DNA from: the human T2T-CHM13v2.0 reference genome, Homo sapiens
Assembly: GCF_009914755.1 (NCBI RefSeq)
Contig: NC_060941.1
Length of the DNA: 64,000 nucleotides
Reading direction: 5' to 3' (one strand)
Below, in pieces: positions 53,421 through 64,000 of the stretch. Below the pieces are notes generated by a model. The model saw only the letters and a program-made list of their open reading frames with translations. It was not told the origin of the DNA and searched no databases. The position numbers and the translations under genes were made by a program. How positions within the stretch are numbered: the first letter of the stretch is position 1; every line of letters begins with the position of its first letter.

Positions 53421-54137
53421 GATGCATTCTTGGTTACCTAATGTTTATATTATGTGCCCATTATTAAATATTCTACCAGGACTGCATTGTCTTGAGTTTT
53501 CCATTCGAACAACTCCACTGTTCAAGTTACTAAGCTGTATAAGAAGGAGGCAGAAGACTTGGTCCCTGCATTCTGGAAACTTACAAACATTTCTCTTCAA
53601 TATAGCAAATAATAGTTTGTTTCTAACAGCCCATACAATGTATGTTTGTAAAGTAATTGGGCCATCCATCAGCCTGAACTAAGTGAAATTATGCATTTTT
53701 AAAATATTAATTTACAGATATTGTCAGAATGCTAATTAAAGTTTCTTATCTATGGGAAAACATTTCGAAAGATCCAAACAGCAGAAAATCAGTTAAATTA
53801 ATACTTTATATTTCTTCCTTTAATATTTAGCACTGAAACTTCAATAAGCAAGATTAGTTTCATTATTATGTTTTCTGCTGTAGTGGACTAATTTGCTTGA
53901 TCATGACAAACACATATCTGAATATCATTTGTAAATCTCAGTTATTAATTAGTCTTTAAAACAGTGTAAATTCATCTGAATATGTAAGAAAGTAGGAGAA
54001 ATATGATTGTGACAAAATGTTCTCAACATGGGAAAATATGTTGCCTTTTTATAATAATCAATACAATAATAAGAGTAAAATAAAAATTCATAAACTATTA
54101 TATCTGATTTAAACACTGGTATGACTCTATTAGATTA

Positions 54138-54354
54138 CATATGCTTCCCAACTTATGATGGGGTTACATCTCAATAAATTTTGTTAATCAAAAAGATCAT
54201 AAGTCAAAAATGCATTTAATACACCTATCATTAGCCTGCAAAAAGATTAAAATTCAGATTTTAAAGTATGTTTTCTACTGAATGCTTATGACTTTTGCAC
54301 CATTGTAAAGTAAAAAAATCATAAGCTGAACCACTGTAAATTGTGGACAATCTG
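54138..54354. mobile_element. MER47-type (TcMar-Tigger) MITE, internally deleted
   Basis: 'acttatgatggggttacatc..aaaatgcatttaatacacct..ttctactgaatgc..caccattgtaaag'; TA on both sides. Confidence 0.85.
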
Positions 54355-54709
54355 TATTTGGTTAGAAAATATTTCAAGCTCTTCAAAGTCAGGGAACATA
54401 GCCTATTTAAATCTTAATCCCCCACCTTGCTTAACCCAATGGCTTGCAATGTAGAGTAATATGTAAGTTTTTATGAGTTTAATTGAATCTATAATTAGGT
54501 ATTTATGAAATTACTTAGTCTGATAACAATTTAGATTACTAATTACTCCATAAGAATCTGAGGCAAGACTGTAGTAGCAAATGACATATCAATTAAATTG
54601 CAAGTGCAACTCAGACATATTTAAAATCAAATCTATATAATTTATTACAGTTTTTGAATCTTTGCTTTTTCAGAACACTTGCTTTGCTGAAAATATTTGG
54701 ATCATAAAG

Positions 54710-54959
54710 ACTATATTATGCTGTTTCCTTGATCCAGAATCTTCTTTCAAACCTCTGGTTAAATGTCATTTCCTTAGGAAACCTTCTCTGATCTCTCTAA
54801 CTAGATTAAATCTTATCAGTATCATATACTTACTTTGAATAAACACAAATGTCAATTGTACTTGAGTATTTATTTATGTAATATGCTTTCTTCATTAGAA
54901 TGTACGCATTCCAGAGCAAAGACCACATTTTTCTTGTTTATTGATCTATCCTCAGTGCT
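54710..54959 (+). mobile_element. L2 3' end; its tail resumes at 57293-57320 after the THE1
   Basis: 'gttaaatgtcatttccttaggaaaccttctctgatc'; tail 'gtgctcaaaaaatatttgttgaatgaat'. Confidence 0.75.
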
Positions 54960-57292
54960 TGTATTAGTCTGTTCTCATGCTGCTAATAAAGACATACCCA
55001 AGACCGGGTCATTTATAAAGGAAAAAGGTTTGCTTGACTCACAGTCCCACATGGCTGGGGAGGCCTCACAATCATGGCAAAAGGCAAAGGAGGAGCAAAG
55101 TCACATCTTACATGGTGGCAGGCAAGAGACAGCAGCATGTTCAGGGGAACGCACCTTTATAAAACCATCAGATCTCATGAGACTTAGTCACTATTATAAG
55201 AACAACATGGGACCTGCCCTATGACTGAATTACCTCCTACCAGTTCTCTCCCATGACACATGGGAATTATGGGAGCTATAATTCAAAATGTGATTTGAGT
55301 GGGGACACAGCCAAACCATATCATTTCTCACCTGGCCCCTCTCAAATCTCATATCCTCACATTTTAGAACCAATCATACCTTCGCACCAGTCCCCCAAAG
55401 TCTTAACTCATTTCAGCATTAACTAAAAAGTCCACAGTCCAAAGTTTCATTTGAGACAAGGCAATTCCCTTCCATTTATGAGCCTGCAAAATCAAAAGCA
55501 ATGATTGAGTTACTTCCTAGATACAATGGGGTACAAGCATTAGGTAAATACACCCATTCCAAATGGGAGAAATTGGCCAAAAAGAAGCGTCTGCAGGCCC
55601 CAGGCAAGTCCAAAATCCAGGAAGGCAGTCAAATCTTATATCTCCAACAAGATATCCTTTGACTCCATGTCTCACATCCAAGTTAAGCTCATGCAAGAGG
55701 TGGGTTCCCATGGTCTTGGACAGCTCTGCCCCTGTGGCTTTGCAGAGTACAGCCCACCTCCTGGCTGCTTTCACAGGATGGTGTTGAGTGTCTGTGGCTT
55801 TTCCAGGTGTACAGTGCAAGCTGTCAGTGGATCTACCATTCTGGGGTCTGGAGGATGGTGGCCCTTATCTCAAAGCTCCACTAGGCAATGCCCCATTTGG
55901 GACTCTATGTGGAAACTTCCACCCCGCGATTTTTTTCTGCACTGCCCTAGCAGAGGTTCTCCATGAGGGCTCCATCCCTGAAGCAGACTTCTGCCTGGAC
56001 ATCTAGACATTTCCATACATCCTCTGAAATCTAGATGGAGGTTCGCAAACCTCAATTTTTGACTTCTGTGTACCTGCAAGCCCAATACCACATGTAAGCC
56101 TCCAAGGCTTAGGGCTTGTACCCTCTGAAGCAATGACCTGAGCTCTAAGTTGTCCCCTTTTAGCCACAGCTGGGATGCAGGGCATCCAAAGCACTGCACA
56201 AACCAGCAAGGCCCTGGGCCTAGCTCACGAAACCAATTTTTCCTCCTAGGCTTCTGGGCCTGTGATGGGAGGGGCAGCCATGAAGACCTCCAATATGCCC
56301 TGAATACATTTTCCCCATTGTCTTGGTGATTAACATTTGGCTCCTCATTACTTATGCAAATTCCTGCAGCAGGCTTGAATTTCTCCTCAGAAAATAGGCT
56401 TTTCCTTTCTATCACATCATCAGGCTGCAAATTTTCCAAACTTTAACCTCTGCTTCCCTTTTAAACATAAGTTTTGATTCCAAGCTCTATCTTTGTAAAT
56501 ACATAAAACAATGCTTTTAACAGTACCCAAGTCACCTCTTGAATGCTTTGTTGCTTAGAAATTTTTTTGCCAGATGCCTTATATCATCTCTCTCAAGTTT
56601 AAAGTTTCAGAGATCTCCAGGGCTGGGCAAAATGCCAGCAGTCTCTTTGCTAAAATATAGCAAGAGTCACCTGGGCTCCAGTTCCCAACAAGTTCCTCAT
56701 CTCTATCTGAGACCATCTCAGCCTGGACTTTATTGTCCATATTATTATCAGCATTTTGGTCAAAGCCATTCAACAAATCTCTAGGAAGTTCCAAACTTTC
56801 CCACATCTTTCTGTCTTCTTCTGACCCTCCAAACTGTTCCAACTTCTGCCTATTACCCAGTTCCAAAGCAGTTCCACATTTTTGGGTATCTTTACAGTAG
56901 CACCCCACTCTACTGGTACCAATTTACTGTATTAGTCTGTTCTCATACTGCTAATAAAGACATACCCAAGACAGGGTAATTTATAAAGGAAAAAGGTTTA
57001 ATTGACTCACAGTTCCTCATGGCTGGGGAGGCCTCACAATCATGGCAGAAGGCAAAGGAGGAGCAAAACCACATCTTACATGATGGCAGGCAAGAGAAAA
57101 TGTGTGCAGGGAAACTCTCCTTAATAAAATCATAATATCTCATGAGACTTATTCACTATCATGAGAATAACATGAGGAAGACCGGCCCCCTGATTCAGTT
57201 ACCTCCCACTGGGTCCCTCTCATGAAACATGGGAATTATGGGAGCTACAATTCAAGATGAGATTTGGGTGGGGACACAACCAAACCATATCA
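54960..57292 (-). mobile_element. Complete THE1 (C-like) MaLR provirus: 5'LTR 56928-57292, internal 55324-56927, 3'LTR 54960-55323
   Basis: Two direct LTRs; perfect TSD GTGCT at 54955-54959 and 57293-57297; THE1-int ORF remnants. Confidence 0.97.
55870..56908 (-). pseudogene. Disrupted THE1-internal ORF
   Basis: ORF-track peptides GSEEDRKMWESLELPRDLLNGFDQNAD and ENLQPD..FSEEKFKPAA..ICISNEEPNVNHQDNGENV match the recalled MaLR-int ORF, broken across frames. Confidence 0.85.
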
Positions 57293-57896
57293 GTGCTCAA
57301 AAAATATTTGTTGAATGAATATATGGAGAAGCAAGCTATGCTTTTACAAGTTGCAAGGAGCTAATTTCTGTGCATTTTCACATGTTTTATCAATAATGTC
57401 AAGGAAAATATTCAAAATATAACAATCTAAAAACCAAAATTAACTATGTATTATGCTCTCATTTTTGTAAAAAAATATACAAATACAAAATGGTAAAATA
57501 CATAAAGATACTATCTCTGTATTCTAGGATTATATTATTTTATGTATGTATTTATCTGCATATTTCCAAATAACATGCTAATACCTTGTTTCATTATTTT
57601 TAATTTTAGACATTGTTATATAATGAATACTATGTATTGAACAATATATGACATTCTTACAAAAAGATATGTACAAAATCAGAGATGTGATTTTTTTTTT
57701 AAAAAAAAGCATATCAGCTTTAGTAGTAAGCTATATATATTCTATTTAGCATTAACAAGAAAACTAAATTTATGGCTTGTGAGCTAAGAAAACACCCATT
57801 TAAAGTCATAGAAAAGGCATTAAATAAGTTACAATTATCAAAGTTAAATTTGACTCTTCTCTTTTCTCTGGAATAAGTGACAGTTTTCTCACTTTA

Positions 57897-57929
57897 GATA
57901 TATATATATATATATATAATATATATGTG
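57897..57929. repeat. (TA)n microsatellite
   Basis: Direct read. Confidence 0.9.
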
Positions 57930-58249
57930 TAATTTTGAAAAACGATTGTTGTCAAATTGTTTTACTTTACAGCCTACTATTACCTTCCTGAAACATAAAC
58001 ATCTAAGTTCATACGGAGGCCAAGTTACTAAAATATGCTTTAGAAAATTGAGCAAAGTCATAAAGTGTAAGTAGAGTAGGAGAGATTGACAGCTAACTGC
58101 ACTTACAGTTAATCGGCTAAAGGTAAAATAAACCTAAAATGAAATCATTGGGTTTTTCCCTTTTATATTTTATTATTTCTTCCATATTCCTTACAGAAGT
58201 ATCATACAGATTTTTAAACACACTACCCTTTAAAAATTTTTGTTGTGTT

Positions 58250-59670
58250 TTTTTTACTTTACTTGGTACCTATCATTACTTCTTTCCCTAAGCTCTCCAA
58301 CAGAACATTAAAATAAGTCTAAAAATTAGTATAATCAAATAAATCAGGTGTCTTACAGAATACATTTTTTACATGAGATAACTCTATTGAATCTCTGTAT
58401 CATACCGTTCCAATCTGATCTGTTTTCTTTAGCCTAATACATGTCTGCAATTCTGGATATTATTTCACAATCATTGTGGAATGATTTTTGGAACACTGTT
58501 CCAAACCCTACCTTTTGGAACCCCTGCTTTCTGGAGCCTATCTCTTCTCTATTGATTTATTACCTCACTTTAATGAAGAAAATCCACCAAAAACTTTTGG
58601 GTAAAGTATCTATTAGAGGTACCATTATTTAAGCTAGCTACAGTTAAGCTGGCTATTTTATTATAGCTGGCTGAATCTTCATTTTATCCATCATAATTGC
58701 TGGATAATTTGCTTATGGAATGTATAGGTTAAATATTATCTTCCACTAGATTTTTTTTTTTTTTGAGATGGAGTCTCGCTCTGTCATCCAGGCTGGAGTG
58801 CAGTGTCTCACTGTATCTTCGACCTCATGGGTTCAAGTGATTCTCGTGCCTTAGCCTCCAGAGTAGCTGGGACTACAGGCATACTCCACCACTCCCAACT
58901 AATTTTTCTATTTTCGGTAGAGATGGGGTTTCACCATGTTGGCCAGGCTAGTCTCAAACTCCTGGCCTCAAGTGATCTGCCTGGCTCAGCATCTCAAAGT
59001 GCTGGGATTACAGGCATGAGTCACCATGCCTGGCCCCATTAGATTTTTAAATGCAATGTTTCATTCTAACTTCCAATACTACGTAATTGAAAAAGCTGAT
59101 ATTCATTTGTCTTGAGATCCTTTACATATTATTTGTTCTTATTGTGGTGGTAGTGATGGTGATGATCTCTTAGGACACTTTTAGGATATGCTCTTTATCC
59201 CTGATGTTTTGCATTTATTTTGATGTAAATTTGTGTGGAGCAGTTTGCACTCAATATGCTAGGCATTTGGTAGAAACGTTCAATCATTCAATCTGGTAAC
59301 TGTTGGTTTTCAGGCCAGTGAAATTTTCCTGTATTATATTTTGAACATTCTTCTCCCCTCATTCTTCAATTTTGGACATTCTTCTATTTTGGGAAATTTT
59401 ACTTATTTTGATATTGGACCTTTTGGAGGAGGCTTTGTTTTCCCCGTTTCTTGTCCAGTTAGCATTTATTTTTCAACTTTCTGTTATATGTTCTCAACAT
59501 TCTCTTTAATCTTTCCACTATTACATTTTTAGTTGCATTATTATATTACAATGACTGTTTCTTCTGAGTTCATTATTTTTCTGTTTCATTGTGTGTTTGC
59601 TTTGATCTCTTTCATGTAAAAATCTATCTTTAAATATGTGATGATCATTGGTTCCAGATCATAACTAAGA
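58250..59670 (-). mobile_element. Ancient antisense L1/HAL1 fragment, split by an Alu
   Basis: 'gaaaaagctgatattcatttg..gatcctttaca', 'ctctttatccctgatgtttt', 'gtgaaattttcctgtattat'. Confidence 0.55.
58756..59035 (-). mobile_element. AluJb/Sz-like
   Basis: TSD cca(c/t)tagattttt at 58743-58755 and 59036-59048. Confidence 0.93.
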
Positions 59671-60739
59671 ATGAACTTTAAAGAGTACGAAACAAAAACT
59701 CTGCTTTGCAGTTTTGTATGTTTTGGAGTGAACTTGGTCAACAGGTCCACTGCACCATAGAGTGGGCACCGAACTCATATTGTCAGCGTCTCTGGTTATT
59801 ATCTCTTATGCTGGCCTGTCTCCCCAAAGACCAATCTGCCATCTCCTGCCTGAGGTGAGGTGTTTGTGGAAGGAAATAACATGGAAAGTAACATTTTGGT
59901 GGCAGACAAGATAAGGAGAACTGGGGATATCATTGTTCATTATTTCGATTTTCAATTGACCTGAATGTTTCCAGTAATATATTGTTTTACTTCTTAATCT
60001 TTGCCCAGAGCCTTTATGGTTAACCAGAGTTAACTCATCCATTCCTTTATCAGGTTGAGGGAGGAAGAATTATTTGGCTTCAATGGGAAATGATTTAGGC
60101 ACCTAATTATTTTTTATATTAACCTGCATCTAATTTCTCACTGTTTGGACCCATTTCTCCCCACTTACTTCAGCACTGCATGGTATTTCTAATTTTTGAT
60201 TTTCACGCTCCTGTACTGTAAATCCACTTTTATCTTTGTGGTTTTACATAGCTAACCAGTAGGCATTGTACTTTCAATGCTTCCTGCACTTTTTTTAAAA
60301 TCCGCTTTTCATTGTACCAAATGCTGTGGACATTACTAATCAACTAAATGCTTCTCTTTTTTACGTGTCTGTTTATACATGTTTGTTTTCTTGGGAGATT
60401 TAGAAGGGAACAAAGAAAATATATAATTTAATCTACTGTATATTGCTAGAATCCATGCCCTCTCAGTCCTCTCTGTTTCGTTTTCTATCCCTATTATCTG
60501 AATCAATGGTTTTCAGCAAAGGATTCTCATTAAAAACACTTTTTTTTCCTTTCATGTGAGATCGGGACACTTTAGTTCTATGTAACTTAGTTATTTGTAT
60601 ACACATTCCTAGTAAACACTGATTCTGACTATCTGTTAGTTGGTTCAAGTACTGATAATATGACTATAAATTTGTAAGTGGATTTACATTTTAACATATA
60701 TCTCCACATGTATCATTACACTTGATACTCCCAACACCT

Positions 60740-61275
60740 GTTTTGCTTGCCTAACAGATTTTATACATCATTCCTCTTTCTTTGTAATAAAATCTCAATT
60801 TAGTTCTATATGATTAAGGAAGGTAGTCCTTCCACAGTCCCAACAGGTGAATGATGATGGCTAATCTAAGCCAATCATGGTCCTTCTCCTTCTCTACAGC
60901 AAATGTGTTATCCATGGGTATGTGCCACAAACCTGATAAACGAAAGGAGAGGAAACATCCTGGAGACTACTATAGAATAAGCATGTTATTGTCCCTAGTA
61001 AATAAAATTGGAAAAGATGACACAAATATTCTTGCCTTTGGCCCTTGCACAGAGCCAGTGATGGTGGATGCTGTAACTGCTATCTTGAGATCATGGATAG
61101 AAAAACCAGTGAAATTGGAAGGAAGCTGACTAGTAGCCTCAACATTGACACTACTAAATCCGTGAATTCTGGAAATATTTGCTACCAGACTGATTGTTAT
61201 AGGAGATAATAAGTATCCATAGTCCTAACGCTAAAGTCAGTTGGGTATTTACTCCAAAATATTCTATTGTATACT
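60740..61275 (+). mobile_element. Old MLT1 (J/K/L-like) LTR
   Basis: 'ctaagccaatcatgg', 'ctgctatcttgagatcatg', 'ccagactgattgttataggagataataa'. Confidence 0.6.
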
Positions 61276-62184
61276 GAGAACCCTCATAATACTTAAGGAG
61301 ATACAATACTAATTGAAGATATATTACTTTCAGTCATCTCAATTTGAATCTGGGGGTATTCAACCTGATTTAACCTGATTATCCTGATTATCCTGGATTG
61401 AACATACAGTACATAGGAGCCACCCTTATGTTTCTTAGCTATGGTTACCTGCTATTTCTTGATAAAGAGCAATACTGGGTTAATTTAATGTTGAAATAAA
61501 GAGAAGAAGATATTAAGTGAATTTGTGAAAAATATTTTTTCAGAACTAATAAGAGATACCTTTACTATAGCTATTTTTAAAACTGGAATACAAAACTCTT
61601 TTACCTTAGCTGACACCTGACAACTATTAAAATACTAGATGTCAGTTGCTGTGTGGTGGGTTTTGTCATAGTTTTTACTTAATTAGCTGTGTTTATTTTA
61701 TTAAAATTTCTATTATGTCTACATCCTGAGAAAGTTCTGTGGCTATGAAGAGGTGTTGATATGTTCCGCTGACTCTATGAACTGTTGAGTGTTGTGGGTG
61801 GGGAACGGAAGGAGAATGAAAAAAGTGAAGTACTCCCAGCTGTGAACTGCTTGAACCAAGGCACCACTCCAGTGCCAGGCTCACAGGAAAAATATCTGAA
61901 GAAGTTCTTAAATGCCATACAGATTCAGTGGAACGTTTTAAAAATCAGACTTTTAAATGAGACCCAATCTTATTACTCTATACACCCTTTCAACAACAGT
62001 GAACCACTTTGAACATTCTGTAAGGTAAATCAATATTTGTTGTTGTGGTTAAGAATCCTGAATTTTTATATGGCTTTGTCTATCACTAATAATCATGTCA
62101 CTGCATTAACCTGTATCAAATAAGACACACAACAGAGATATCTTGATTTCTACTCTTTAAGAGTTTGGCTCTTCAGAAGTTTTA

Positions 62185-62507
<323 letters not shown>

Positions 62508-62959
62508 ATAGAATGATCTCAACACAAACATCCTAATGTTTATTACATTCTCACTGAAAACAATTTTCATAAAGAACTAAGTTTTCCAAAATGGGTGCAT
62601 GGGCAACCTTACACATTATGCCAATAGCTATATCATTCACTCATCATTCTTAAAAAAAATCCATTCAGGGGTATTAGTTAATAAGCCTTTTCCATATTTA
62701 CAGGCTACCTATCCAGAGTCTGATAAAGGGACAAAAGGCCCCTTTCCTTCACAAACCTATAATCTAATAGAAAAGGAGTTGTTCCTACCTCTGTGGAACT
62801 CTCAATCAGCTAGTGACAATAGGGCACAGAGCAAGAGCACGGGTTTATGGAAAGAATTAAGTTTGGGCCAAAATAAATCCTTAATGGATTTAAAAGACAA
62901 CTTGATCCTTAAGAATTTCCTTCCTAGTTCTTCTCATATTTATCCCTCTCTGACTCCAT

Positions 62960-63230
62960 TGCTCCTCTGTTCACTAAAACATTTATTGGCTCAGTTAATA
63001 GGTGCCAAGCATTGTTCTAAGTAATAGGGATAGAGCAGTGTGCAAGATCTTGCCAGGTGCATACTTTGAGAGCTGGTAACCTAACAAGATGATAGTCATT
63101 AAACAACTAATTGCAAATGTGATAAGCATTTTGAAAGTAGTGAGCCCATTCCTAGAGGATTTTACAATGTGAAACTAGGAAGGCTGCCTGGAGGGAATGA
63201 ATTAAGCAGGGCCTAGAAAGAAAAGGAAGA
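62960..63230 (-). mobile_element. L2 3' fragment
   Basis: 'aaacatttattgg..tgccaagcattgttctaag..gggatagagcagtg'. Confidence 0.65.
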
Positions 63231-63399
63231 GACCCCAAGACCACTTACGTTTGTGATGTTTCATGAGCTCCCTATTGTTATTATTTAACATCACTAAATG
63301 TGAATATTCTTAATTATAGTGTAGATCATAATGAGTAAGAGGTCCATATTATTCCCCCACTGCTTCACTAAACTTTAAACAGTTTCTTCTTGAACATAG

Positions 63400-63968
<569 letters not shown>

Positions 63969-64000
63969 TACTATCTCTTTTTATTGGTCCTCTGCTGTAC

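Noticed and set aside
54835-57143. Dense ORF cluster on both strands
   Set aside because: All within or overlapping the THE1 provirus; the GC-richer sequence has fewer stops and the true internal ORF is frameshifted.
61350-61400. Short tandem (a/t)cctgatt repeats
   Set aside because: Brief slippage-type repeat with no further structure.
62599-63024. 141-aa ATG-initiated ORF, the longest not inside an obvious young repeat
   Set aside because: No recognisable domain; its 3' end runs into an antisense L2 and the middle also looks L2-like; no promoter context. Treated as a chance ORF.

Overview
AT-rich primate genomic DNA, most likely human or another ape; it contains AluY, THE1, MER50 and MLT2A elements. 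It reads as intergenic or deep-intronic. I see no supportable protein-coding gene, CpG island, tRNA/rRNA or CRISPR array. The ORF track is explained by Alu, L1 and THE1-internal remnants or by chance. Roughly half of the window is recognisable transposable element. This includes 14 Alus (many with readable target-site duplications), L1 fragments of several ages, L2/MIR, MaLR/ERV LTRs including one complete THE1 provirus, and DNA-transposon relics (MER3, MER5A, Tigger3a, MER47, MADE1). The best structural observations are a twin-primed, 5'-inverted L1, a 101-bp tandem duplication in apparently unique DNA, an ERV-K-type LTR nested in an AluJ, a young 5'-truncated AluY, and a miR-548-like MADE1 hairpin. 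More speculative are three RFX X-box palindromes, DUX4 motifs in LTRs, a set of + strand splice signals at 15-18 kb, and a possible ancient Tigger transposase HTH remnant. I found no convincing novel biological system. Family and subfamily names come from recalled consensus sequences, not from a database search, and boundaries without a TSD are approximate.
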